From Methanomethylovorans sp. PtaU1.Bin093 (GTDB taxonomy: Archaea; Halobacteriota; Methanosarcinia; Methanosarcinales; Methanosarcinaceae), in contig NZ_MVQX01000048.1 of assembly GCF_002067275.1 (NCBI RefSeq), positions 29,748-93,747 of the forward strand: 64,000 nt of DNA. The letters are read 5' to 3'. Position 1 is the stretch's first letter. Each line of letters starts with the position of its first letter. A program made the position numbers and the translations under genes. Below are positions 28,826 to 38,086 of the stretch, in pieces. The notes beneath the pieces are model-generated. The model worked only from the letters and a program-made list of their open reading frames with translations, was not told the DNA's origin and ran no database searches.

Positions 28826-29141
28826 TCATTCATCGAACTCGATACTAATATCTCCCATTTTTCGGGCAAGGGTCTTTGAAAGCATTCCTGATTCCATCCT
28901 GCAGACATGCGGTACAGCACAGGGGACGAGGCAGGTGGGTGTGCACTGTAATTCCTGGGCTTTGTTCATTACATAGTTATCTTTGATGTCCATGGTTTCC
29001 ATCATGGGGATTTCCATTTATGACATCTTCTTGATCTTCTCACAGGGTGTTTCAATATCAGATCTTCATCCCATTCAATTCTCCATGGACCTTGTGAACA
29101 AATCCGCATATTCTGGAATTCACTGTAACATTTGAGGGCAT
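28826..29141 (-). pseudogene. Disrupted paralog of the DUF6951-like protein at 13133-13453
   Basis: GAGGTGA SD + ATG 29141 reads MPSNVTVNSRICGFVHKVHGELNGMKI*, then shifts frame to DIETPCEKIKKMS*MEIP...CTPTCLVPC...ISIEFDE: one frameshift and one TAA. Confidence 0.85.
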
Positions 29142-29328
29142 GTCATCACCTCTCTGCTATAGTCAATTCTCAAACATGTATATTGATCATGTTTTCCGAA
29201 TATTTTAATTTACAATTCAAGGATCAGTCTTTTTAGCAAATTCCTCAGTTTGATCAATGCTATTAAAATGAATGAAATCGGAGAAGCTGCAAGCATTGCA
29301 GGTATTGCTCACAGAATTATATATTCTT

Positions 29329-30207
29329 CTATACTATTGATCCAGATGCGGGTATCGGTGATCCGGACAGCATTTTTAGGAGCTTTTCTTCATCATGCTT
29401 GAAATTATGCACGTTATAGCTTCCCAGTGGACATCTGCCAATTCTTCCAGGTCCATGGTAATCAGAGCCTCCTGTCATGATCAAACCATATGTACGGCAC
29501 AGCTCCAGCATAGACTTGACCTGTTGCCAGTTGCTTTTCCCATAGAAGACTTCAAAGCCATCCATTCCGCATTTTACAAAATGGTCCACAACATCGGCAA
29601 GTAAGGGCAGACTGTTGTACTGGTCCAGGGTACGGATCAGATGTGCTCCGACTGCTTTGCCCCCTGCTTTATGAATGATATCAATGGCTTCCTCTATTTG
29701 GAACTTCTCCACATCTATGAAGTACTTGGATTTCTCAGTGAGCCACAGGTCATGGAACTCATAAGTGGACATGTCCCTGTTGACAACAGCAAGTGCAATA
29801 TCATGCTTTGTGATAATGCCCTTTGCTGATTCAAGGCGCGAATAATCTACAAGCCATCCATGTGAAGATAGTAAGTCTACCATTTCGTCAGCATACTTCC
29901 ATGCACGTTTTTTTGCGATCTCAAGTTTCTTTTGCAGATAAGGATCATCTTTATCAAAGCCGTAGCCAAGCACATGTACTTCAATTCCAAGGGGATCGAA
30001 GTTGGTTGTGAACTCTATGCCAGGGATGAACTGTAATCCCATTTTCTTGCACTCGTGTTCAACAGATCCAAGCCCGTCCACAGTATCATGATCAGTGACG
30101 CTAATGGCCTTTAATCCAATATCCCTTGCTTTTGTAACCAGCTCAGAGGGGTGGAGGTCCCCGTCCGAATAGATAGTATGCATGTGCATATCTGAAATAA
30201 TTTGAAT
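29329..30207 (-). CDS. PHP-domain phosphoesterase (TrpH/YciV-like); start probably ATT upstream of ATG 30189
   Basis: DMHMHT.YSDG, TDHDT, GIE, H.LGY, AH and GGSDYHG motifs. Confidence 0.9.
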   Translation of the reverse strand: MQIISDMHMHTIYSDGDLHPSELVTKARDIGLKAISVTDHDTVDGLGSVEHECKKMGLQFIPGIEFTTNFDPLGIEVHVLGYGFDKDDPYLQKKLEIAKKRAWKYADEMVDLLSSHGWLVDYSRLESAKGIITKHDIALAVVNRDMSTYEFHDLWLTEKSKYFIDVEKFQIEEAIDIIHKAGGKAVGAHLIRTLDQYNSLPLLADVVDHFVKCGMDGFEVFYGKSNWQQVKSMLELCRTYGLIMTGGSDYHGPGRIGRCPLGSYNVHNFKHDEEKLLKMLSGSPIPASGSIV

Positions 30208-30279
30208 AATAACACCTCTTCAGCATTTCGTTTTGCAGTTCACTCACCATTAACTAATGTAAATAGGCTATAAGCACCT

Positions 30280-30435
30280 CTATAGACTATATTTGGCCTG
30301 TATCCTAAACATTGATGGCTTGATGTGCAGATCAATATCAAAATACTGGACCCAGAAGTTCAACGCAGAAGTTGTATTGCAATTTTTATAGGATCTAAGT
30401 ACTGGATTAGCATCTATAGGACAGTTTTTGCTCAC
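30280..30435 (-). CDS. Candidate small ORF (51 aa) upstream of the PHP gene
   Basis: GGAGAGG SD 6 nt before a GTG; open frame MSKNCPIDANP...AKYSL*; TATA-rich sequence upstream. Confidence 0.35.
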   Translation of the reverse strand: MSKNCPIDANPVLRSYKNCNTTSALNFWVQYFDIDLHIKPSMFRIQAKYSL

Positions 30436-30529
30436 GTTTTTCCTCTCCGGTCACGTATATACTTATATAATATATAATAAAATTACTATATAAACTTCTC
30501 CACGGGCTACATGTACTTAAGAGGAAAAC

Positions 30530-30547
30530 GTTCATAGACCTATGAAC
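30530..30547. promoter_or_regulatory. Operator-like palindrome between the divergent PHP and TPR genes
   Basis: GTTCATAG-AC-CTATGAAC: 8-bp perfect arms with a 2-nt spacer. Confidence 0.35.
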
Positions 30548-30630
30548 TTCGGATCATTGCATATCACATTCAACAGAATACTTATAGTATGAACCTGATT
30601 TTATACCAGATAAATGGTGAAAGAATCGAT

Positions 30631-33264
30631 ATGTCAAGCAGAGAAAGGGATATGGCGATAAGATACCTCAATAAAGGGGTATCTTTAAAGGAAAAAGGTC
30701 TTCATGCAGAAGCACTTGAGAATTTTAAAAAGGCAGAAGAACATTCCTGGGAGGCTGCTTCTCCGGCTCTTCTGGCAACGGTCATGCAGAACTTTGGAGA
30801 ACTGCTGGAGGTTATGGGCAATGAGGAAGGATCCTTTGACCAGTATTCTCTCGCAGTTGCAAAGTTAGAAAGGCTTGTTGAAGTCAGTCCATCCTTCAAA
30901 GAGCAATTAGCCACTACCCTCAGCAAATTTGCTTCTATGCTTGTGGACAGGGGTAAAAAAGAAGAGGGTAAGGCAAATTACGAGAAGGCTGTCATACTTT
31001 ACCGGGAACTTCGCAGGGAATACCCAAAGAATGTGCAGATACGTTCCAACATGATCTCTACTCTGAACAACCTGGGTGCTTTGCTTGCGGATATGGGTAT
31101 GAGGGATGAAGCACAGTGGAAGTTCGAAAGAGCATTGAAAATGCTGGATGACAAGCGTTGTCCTGCAGAGAATTACACCCATTGTTTTGAGAATAAATCC
31201 ATGGTGCTGGAAAACCTTGCCAATCTTTTGATCGAAAGTGGAGAACTTGAGCAAGCAAGGGAAAAGCTTGAAAACGTCCTTAATATCTATTTCTCCCTGC
31301 TTGATCAGGGTCATATGACAGAGCTTTACCGATCAAGAGTTGCTTTAGTCCTTAGCAGAATCGCTCATTTGTCTGTATCCCTGGATAGAAAAGAAGATGC
31401 TTTGAAAAGTTACGCCTCACTGGCGCAGATGTATGGCGAGCTTGCAAAGCTTGGACCGGAAAATGAAGAAATGAGGATTGAAAGAGCTTCGGTTCTGGCT
31501 TCCATGGCAGATCTATTGGAAGGAATGCACGAGGATAACGAAGCTATAAGCAGATATGAAGAAGCACTGGGCATTTTAAAAGATGTGCAGGCTTCAGAGG
31601 AACCATCTAAGTATCCTTCAATGATCATACCTGTACAACTGGACCTCTCGAGACTGCTTGTTTCACAGGATCGAGTGGCTGAAGGTCTTGAAAAGCTGGA
31701 AAAGGTCATAGAACTCATATCATTACCCTCCGGGGAAAAAGATATGCAGGCCATTGACCTGGTTTACTCTTATCTAATGCAAATATGTGAACAGTTGTCT
31801 GCAAAAATGGGTTATGAGGTCCCAGGAGTATTTGCGCAGCTCCTTGGAATGCATAGCAAGCTCAGCTCACTGAGGATCACTCAGGAAGGCCAGGTCTGCA
31901 AGGCAAGAATTATGGAAGCTCTTGGCCGGATACAAATGGATGCAGGAGAAAAGAAGCTTGCTGTTGGAACACTTATGGAAGCTGTAGATATATATACACA
32001 GCTGAACGATACATACAACTATTCTTCAGAAATTGCTGATCTATCAGATATCATAGAAGCAAACATGCCGCATATTAAGGATGCTGAGGAACTTCAAAGC
32101 ATCTATTATGGGATAACTGAGCCCCTCAAAGAGGAAGGCCTTGTACCTGAACAGACCGCACATGCTGGGAGCATTATGGATACACAGGAAAGATTAGCCG
32201 ATATGGCACTCGATAAAGGAAGATATGAGCAGGCCTTTGATCTCTATCTGGAGATATACTCTGCAGATAGATCAAGGGAAGGAGTGCTTAATAAAGCAGC
32301 AGATGTATTGGGGAAACTTGAAGCTGATATGCACCTGAACAAGCGGTCAGGCAATATCCTGAAAGACATGGAGTTCCTTACCAAAGGATATGCTCTGCTT
32401 GCAGAAATGGAACCTGCGGACTCAGAACACCGGCGTAACCTTGCAGCCATAGAAAAAGAAATGGGAAAGGTGTTGCTTGATACGGGTCATGTGGATGATG
32501 CCAGGCAAAGATATTGTCAGGCCCTTGACAATTATCTCGTGCTAATGGACATGCCAGGTAATAAGCATCATCTCAAAGGCATGTATGCTGTCCTTAAGGA
32601 GCTTACTGCTCTCTTACCTGCTATCGGTGACAAGGAAAAGGAGCTGCAATGTCAGGAGAAAATAACTCTGAGTTATTCCCGCATGTGTGAACTTGATCCT
32701 CTGGATGCCGGACTTGTGGAAGACCTTGCCGCTTCTCTGGACCACCAGGCATCGCTTCTTGCTGTCCTGGACAGAAAAAAGGATGCTTATGAGCTTCTCA
32801 ATCAGGCGCTGGATAAGTATGAATTGCTTTATCAGCTTGAATCTTCATACAAACATGCAGGAAAAGCTGCTGTGGCCATGAACAATATGGGGACACTGCT
32901 TGCCCGGATGGGAAGGAAAGAGGAAGCGAAACAGATGCTTGAGGATGCTTTGAGGATCTATAACTACCTGCTTGATCAGGAGCCTGATAACACAGAGCAC
33001 ATGGTGCATGCCGCCTGCACTCTGGACAACATGGGCACGCTCTTTGCGAACATGGACAGACCGGAGGATGCAAAGCACATGTACGAATCTGCTTTGCAGA
33101 TTTATATGGACGCTACAGGTGTAGATCCCGATGACGCCTCATACAATGAATATGCTGCGCTTACCATGGAAAATCTGGGAGCTGTGCTGGAGCGCATGGG
33201 CAGGCGTGACGATGCAAAGTGGATGCACGAAAACGCGAAAAAACTGAGAAATGGTGAGGCTTGA
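30631..33264 (+). CDS. Large tetratricopeptide-repeat protein
   Basis: Repeated TLNNLG.LL..MG...EA...E.AL units clustered at the N- and C-termini. Confidence 0.88.
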   Translation: MSSRERDMAIRYLNKGVSLKEKGLHAEALENFKKAEEHSWEAASPALLATVMQNFGELLEVMGNEEGSFDQYSLAVAKLERLVEVSPSFKEQLATTLSKFASMLVDRGKKEEGKANYEKAVILYRELRREYPKNVQIRSNMISTLNNLGALLADMGMRDEAQWKFERALKMLDDKRCPAENYTHCFENKSMVLENLANLLIESGELEQAREKLENVLNIYFSLLDQGHMTELYRSRVALVLSRIAHLSVSLDRKEDALKSYASLAQMYGELAKLGPENEEMRIERASVLASMADLLEGMHEDNEAISRYEEALGILKDVQASEEPSKYPSMIIPVQLDLSRLLVSQDRVAEGLEKLEKVIELISLPSGEKDMQAIDLVYSYLMQICEQLSAKMGYEVPGVFAQLLGMHSKLSSLRITQEGQVCKARIMEALGRIQMDAGEKKLAVGTLMEAVDIYTQLNDTYNYSSEIADLSDIIEANMPHIKDAEELQSIYYGITEPLKEEGLVPEQTAHAGSIMDTQERLADMALDKGRYEQAFDLYLEIYSADRSREGVLNKAADVLGKLEADMHLNKRSGNILKDMEFLTKGYALLAEMEPADSEHRRNLAAIEKEMGKVLLDTGHVDDARQRYCQALDNYLVLMDMPGNKHHLKGMYAVLKELTALLPAIGDKEKELQCQEKITLSYSRMCELDPLDAGLVEDLAASLDHQASLLAVLDRKKDAYELLNQALDKYELLYQLESSYKHAGKAAVAMNNMGTLLARMGRKEEAKQMLEDALRIYNYLLDQEPDNTEHMVHAACTLDNMGTLFANMDRPEDAKHMYESALQIYMDATGVDPDDASYNEYAALTMENLGAVLERMGRRDDAKWMHENAKKLRNGEA

Positions 33265-33356
33265 GCTCGTTCATTGCCTCCTTTTTTATGATATGAAATG
33301 TATGATCTGCTTATTGTATTGAACACTCTCTGCTTTTAATCTATAACTTCGCTTTT

Positions 33357-33515
33357 CTAGGTAGCAGTACCCAGCGAACCACTTACTTCAATACTGCATA
33401 TAGTTCCAAGAGTTATATCTTCCTCAGCATCAAAAGCCTGCATGATCTCTTGTATTATTGTGTTCTTCAACTTCCTGCGCTGCCTGGGGTTCACAATGTA
33501 TCGGCTTTGTAGAAA
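33357..33515 (-). pseudogene. Possible remnant of an MscS mechanosensitive channel C-terminus
   Basis: Start-less frame FLQSRYIVNPRQRRKLKNTIIQEIMQAFDAEEDITL..., resembling the MscS RY.V.PR.RR....I...I..AF....DI tail. Confidence 0.45.
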
Positions 33516-33757
33516 TGCTGGCTTTGTAGAGTTCCTCAGGATTTTGCATGTTGCACATTGAACTGGAAAAGTATGAGAGTAGTTTAGAAATGAGTTCAGT
33601 TAAGATAATGTTATTTACAGGATTGGAAATTGTGGTTCAGGAAAAAATTCATTACGATATTTTAATTTACATATATTCAGACAACCAGAAATGGTTGTCC
33701 TAAAAATAAATATACTTCTGCGACAATCCTAACTTAAATCTTATTGATGGGGGATGA

Positions 33758-34174
33758 ATGATGAAAAGTTTTTATGATTATCTTCAAGAAGAGATCAATG
33801 GTTTAGAAGGGTGTTTTGATAGGTTTATACTTTATATTCCTGATTTTTTCACACTGCTGTGTGATCTGCTTCGTCAAAATATTGATTCCGAAGATAGGAG
33901 GATCATTAATTCTGCATTGGCATATTTTGTAGTTCCAAACGATCGGATATATGAAGAAATTTATGGACCCATGGGATACGTTGATGATGTTTATGTCTGC
34001 ACTTTTGTGTTGAAAAAAATACAAGAAAAATATGGTTATGAGTTCCTTGAGCAACTCTGGGACCATGATGAAGAACTTGATCGTGTTTTGGATTATAGCT
34101 ACAACAAAAGTTTACAGCTTCTTGGAAACCAAGATCTGATCAAAGAGATATTGCAGTATTCTGGTTTAGACTAG
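33758..34174 (+). CDS. DUF1232/YkvA-family protein
   Basis: ALAYFVVPND.I.E...GPMGYVDD motif; AT-rich codons. Confidence 0.8.
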   Translation: MMKSFYDYLQEEINGLEGCFDRFILYIPDFFTLLCDLLRQNIDSEDRRIINSALAYFVVPNDRIYEEIYGPMGYVDDVYVCTFVLKKIQEKYGYEFLEQLWDHDEELDRVLDYSYNKSLQLLGNQDLIKEILQYSGLD

Positions 34175-34329
34175 ATCAGTTATATGTCTATCATACAAAA
34201 AAGAATTGATGCAGATCATTAACATATTGTAGCTAAAAAATCGTAATATCTGAAGATCTAAATCCTTAAAATCCAAGCTACAGGAATAAGCTGTCAAATG
34301 CCGTTAAGATATTACTCAAAAAATCCAAA

Positions 34330-34403
34330 AGCCCCGGGCGTGATTTGAACACGCGACCTAGTGATTACAAGTCACTCGCTCTGCCGGGCTGAGCCACCGA
34401 GGC
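34330..34403 (-). tRNA. tRNA-Thr (anticodon UGU), no intron, CCA not encoded
   Basis: Reverse complement GCCTCGGTGGCTCAGCCCGGCAGAGCGAGTGACTTGTAATCACTAGGTCGCGTGTTCAAATCACGCCCGGGGCT folds as a cloverleaf; anticodon arm AGTGA-CTTGTAA-TCACT. Confidence 0.96.
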
Positions 34404-34473
34404 ATATATTTATGGATTGCATGCTCTACATAGCATAATAACAGATAAATTTTATGGTATTTCAGGTGTGATC

Positions 34474-35025
34474 ATGTGGCAGGAGATATCCAGGATAGGT
34501 GGAAAACTGGTGCAGGGAGGACTCGTGGAGTCGCATTTTGGCAACATCAGTGTTCGTATGGGGGACAAGATGCTCATCACGCGAAGCGGCAGTGCTCTGG
34601 ATGAGTTGACTTCGGAGAAGATCGTGGAGGTGGATGTGCACGGTGCCTGCGCCCTGGATGTGATCGCTTCCTCGGAGACCGTAGTGCACCGAGCCATCTA
34701 CAACAGCACCTCCGCATTTGCCATAGTACATGCCCATTGCCCCTATGCTGTGACCATGTCTTTGTTACAGGGAGAGGGCTGTATCTCTCCGCTTGACAGT
34801 GAAGGCCGGTATTTCCTGGGTGATATTCCTATCGTGCAGGGCGGCATAGGCTCTGCAGAGCTTGCTGTTGATCTCGCTAAGGTTCTGACTGTCCACAAAG
34901 CTGCTATTGTGCACGGACATGGCACATTCGCCATTGGTCGGGTGCTTGACGAAGCCTATGTGCTTACGACCCAGGTGGAGCATTCCTGCCGGATCAAATA
35001 CCTACACGATCTGATGTGTAAGTGA
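34474..35025 (+). CDS. Class II aldolase (L-fuculose-phosphate aldolase-like)
   Basis: GNISVR, ITRSG, SSE..VH..IY, HAH and HG motifs. Confidence 0.9.
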   Translation: MWQEISRIGGKLVQGGLVESHFGNISVRMGDKMLITRSGSALDELTSEKIVEVDVHGACALDVIASSETVVHRAIYNSTSAFAIVHAHCPYAVTMSLLQGEGCISPLDSEGRYFLGDIPIVQGGIGSAELAVDLAKVLTVHKAAIVHGHGTFAIGRVLDEAYVLTTQVEHSCRIKYLHDLMCK

Positions 35026-35103
35026 ACTCAAGAGCAAAAAGCAGTTCAAAAGAGAATAACAAAAGAAAGACATTAATCCGAAAAAGCCTTTATAGCATCA
35101 CAC

Positions 35104-35712
35104 ATGACCTCTGATTCCCTACGCCCACATGCTACTCGTTTCATCTCGCCACTTGCACATACGGCTGCAGATGCGGGTATTACTCCAAACCAGATCTCTT
35201 TCTTATCTTTGTTGTTCGCCATACTTGCTGGCGTCTTCTACTACTACTCCTTCTCGAATCCCCTGTTAGTTCTGGCAGGGGCTTTTATGGTTTCTCTTAA
35301 CTCCCTGTTCGATGCGATCGACGGCCTTATGGCAAGATACCTCAAGACCGCCGGTCCAAAGGGAGATTTCATCGATCACGTAATAGACCGCTATGCGGAT
35401 GTCATAATCATTTGCAGTATCTTTTTTGCAGGTCATGTGCAATGGCAGATCGGGGTTATTGCCATAGTGGGTGTGCTCATCACCAGTTATCTCGGCACCC
35501 AGGCCCAGGCCCTCCATCTTGGCAGGTACTACGGGGGTATAATGGGCCGGGCGGATAGGCTTCTGCTTATAATGGCGGCATCTGTGGCATACGTTGCATA
35601 TCCGTATCATATCTTTATGTTCAATATCCTGGGCTGGGTCATGGTGATAATTGCTGTTGCAAGCCATATCACAGCTTTCCAGCGCATCTGGCATATATGG
35701 CAGCAACTCTGA
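35104..35712 (+). CDS. CDP-alcohol phosphatidyltransferase (archaetidylinositol phosphate/glycerol synthase-like)
   Basis: TPN.IS and DAIDGLMAR.......GDFIDHVIDRYAD signature. Confidence 0.9.
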   Translation: MTSDSLRPHATRFISPLAHTAADAGITPNQISFLSLLFAILAGVFYYYSFSNPLLVLAGAFMVSLNSLFDAIDGLMARYLKTAGPKGDFIDHVIDRYADVIIICSIFFAGHVQWQIGVIAIVGVLITSYLGTQAQALHLGRYYGGIMGRADRLLLIMAASVAYVAYPYHIFMFNILGWVMVIIAVASHITAFQRIWHIWQQL

Positions 35713-35761
35713 ATCCCGGGGATCTTTAAAACTTTAAATACACTTACTTCTATTACTTACC

Positions 35762-36202
35762 ATGCCTGCTGAGCCCAAGAAGTATGAATATCTGGACCAC
35801 ACTGCAGATGCCAAGTTCCTGGCATATGGTAAAACCCTCGAGGAAGCTTTCGGGAATGCAGCTCTGGCCATGTTCAATGTCATGATAGATACAAGTACGG
35901 TCTCTAAAGCTTTGTCTCAGGATATCGATCTCACCGCAGAAGACCTTGATGGCCTGCTCTTTGACTGGCTCTCTGAATTCCTGTTCCTGATGGATGCGGA
36001 AAATCTTATATTCGGTGATTTCAGGGTGCACAGCATCGAACAGGAAGATGGCCAGTTCCATCTCAATGCTACTGTGTACGGAGAGTATATCGATCTCTCC
36101 AGGCATGTCTTCGATACAGAGGTCAAAGCAGCCACATACAATGATATTCAGGTGCAGCGATCAGCAGATGGCTGGGTGCTGAGGGCTACAGTTGATACCT
36201 GA
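35762..36202 (+). CDS. Archease
   Basis: YEYLDHTAD and EVKAATY motifs, C-terminal D; directly upstream of rtcB. Confidence 0.94.
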   Translation: MPAEPKKYEYLDHTADAKFLAYGKTLEEAFGNAALAMFNVMIDTSTVSKALSQDIDLTAEDLDGLLFDWLSEFLFLMDAENLIFGDFRVHSIEQEDGQFHLNATVYGEYIDLSRHVFDTEVKAATYNDIQVQRSADGWVLRATVDT

Positions 36203-36318
36203 GCCACTTATGTAATTTATTCAAGTGCTCATTGAACCAATACTGTTTTACATCCCAGGCCTATAGTTTATATATGGGATGGGAGAATCCAACAAAGGTT
36301 TCGAGGAAAGTGATATTC

Positions 36319-37779
36319 ATGTCTGAAGATAGTGATATTTCTCTTAAGCTTAATAAGATCAATGATAATACGTGGGAGGTGCCCCGCGGATATAAGGCGG
36401 GCATGCGTGTACCGGGGCGCCTGTTCCTATCTCCTCCGCTTCTTGGAATGCTGGAACAGGGTACATTGGACCAGGTGGCCAATGTGGCTGCATTGCCAGG
36501 CATACAAAAATATTCCATGGCAATGCCTGATGCACATCTGGGTTATGGTTTCCCTATAGGCGGAGTTGCAGCTTTTGACAGGGAAGAAGGTGTTATCAGC
36601 CCGGGTGGTGTGGGTTTTGATATCAACTGCGGTGTAAGGCTCATCCGGTCCAACCTGAGAGAGAAAGATGTGAGGCCAGGAATAAAGGACCTGCTGGAAA
36701 AATTGTTCCACGCTATACCCTCCGGAGTGGGCTCCAAGAGCCGTCTGCGAGTAAATGATGGTCAGCTTGATGATATTTTTATCCATGGCTCACGCTGGGC
36801 TGTGGAAAATGGCTATGGAGTACCTAAGGACGTGGAAAGGTGCGAGAGTCAGGGCATGATGGAAGGCGCCCTGGTAAAACAGGTGAGTACCAAGGCACGC
36901 CAAAGGGGAAGGCCTCAGCTGGGAACTCTTGGCAGTGGCAATCATTTTCTGGAGGTCCAGTATGTGGATGAGGTATATGACACAAAAGCTGCTGATGCCT
37001 TTGGCTTGCATGAAGGCCAGGTCACATTCATGATCCATTGCGGTTCAAGGGGTGCAGGGCATCAGATATGTACCGATCATTTGCGCACTCTTACGCAGGC
37101 TTCACAAAAATACAAGATCGATCTCCCTGACAAGCAGCTTGCATGCGCACCTACGGATTCTTCCGAGGCTCAGAACTATTTCGGTGCCATGGTATGTGCG
37201 GCCAACTATGCCTGGGTCAACAGGCAGGTCATAATGCACTGGGCAAGGGAAGTGTTCCAGGATTTCTTCCGTAAGGACATGGATGAACTGGGTATGGACT
37301 TAGTCTACGATGTAGCACATAATGTGGCAAAGCTCGAGGAACATAGAATTGACAACAAAAAGCAAGAGGTGTATGTGCACAGGAAAGGTGCTACCCGCGC
37401 GTTCCCTCCGGGTCATTCCGATATCCCTGCGCTGTATAAAGATGTGGGGCAGCCAGTGCTCATCCCGGGCAGTATGGGCACTGCTTCATACGTACTGCAT
37501 GGCACAAATGATGCAATGGATATAAGTTTTGGCAGTGCGTGTCACGGTGCCGGCAGGGTTATGAGCAGAGCTCATGCCAAGCACGAGTTCAGAGGAGAAC
37601 AAATACAGAAAGAGCTCAGCGAAATGGGCATATCTGTCCGTGCCACACAACCTGCACTAATCGCTGAAGAAGCTCCTGAGGTCTACAAATCCAGCAGTGA
37701 TGTGGTGGATGTTGTCCATAATCTGGGCATAGCAAGGAAAGTTGCACGCTTGATGCCTATTGGGGTTGTAAAAGGGTGA
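36319..37779 (+). CDS. rtcB: RNA ligase RtcB
   Basis: MPDAHLGYGFPIGG, VGFDINCG, LGSGNHFLE, HRKGAT, PGSMG and HGAGR motifs. Confidence 0.96.
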   Translation: MSEDSDISLKLNKINDNTWEVPRGYKAGMRVPGRLFLSPPLLGMLEQGTLDQVANVAALPGIQKYSMAMPDAHLGYGFPIGGVAAFDREEGVISPGGVGFDINCGVRLIRSNLREKDVRPGIKDLLEKLFHAIPSGVGSKSRLRVNDGQLDDIFIHGSRWAVENGYGVPKDVERCESQGMMEGALVKQVSTKARQRGRPQLGTLGSGNHFLEVQYVDEVYDTKAADAFGLHEGQVTFMIHCGSRGAGHQICTDHLRTLTQASQKYKIDLPDKQLACAPTDSSEAQNYFGAMVCAANYAWVNRQVIMHWAREVFQDFFRKDMDELGMDLVYDVAHNVAKLEEHRIDNKKQEVYVHRKGATRAFPPGHSDIPALYKDVGQPVLIPGSMGTASYVLHGTNDAMDISFGSACHGAGRVMSRAHAKHEFRGEQIQKELSEMGISVRATQPALIAEEAPEVYKSSSDVVDVVHNLGIARKVARLMPIGVVKG

Positions 37780-37848
37780 ATTCCGCTCTATACATCTTAT
37801 TTTTTGAAAACAGGAATAAAGAAAACATTTGTGGCAGTTAACCATCAG

Positions 37849-37957
37849 AAAAAAGAGGAAACGGGCACATTGTTTGAGGGGATGAATGGTTTGCTTGGTT
37901 ACAGTTACGTTTTTCGGGTTATACAGCTTACAAGCATTTTTCCCGTTTCCTCAACTA
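37849..37957 (-). ncRNA. Candidate small RNA with an 11-bp closing stem, inner stem, anti-SD motif and U-tract
   Basis: GAGGAAACGGG (37855-37865) / CCCGTTTCCTC (37942-37952) inverted repeat; T6 right after it on the minus strand; TTTAAATA box at 37983-37976. Confidence 0.5.
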
Positions 37958-38086
37958 CTAATAAGTCATTATTATATTTAAATCTGTTTGATGCTAATTA
38001 TATATTATAATTCATAAAATTGATGTTCATATCTTTAATTTAAAATGACCGCTATACATTTAAAAGGAACCTGTAATTTAGCTGCT

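Noticed and set aside
28826-29141. Recoding (Pyl/Sec or programmed frameshift) to rescue the DUF6951-like gene
   Set aside because: It has both a frameshift with missing residues and a TAA stop, with no slippery site; decay is the simpler explanation.
34330-34360. att-site duplication of the tRNA-Thr 3' end marking an integrated element
   Set aside because: No second copy and no integrase were seen in this window.
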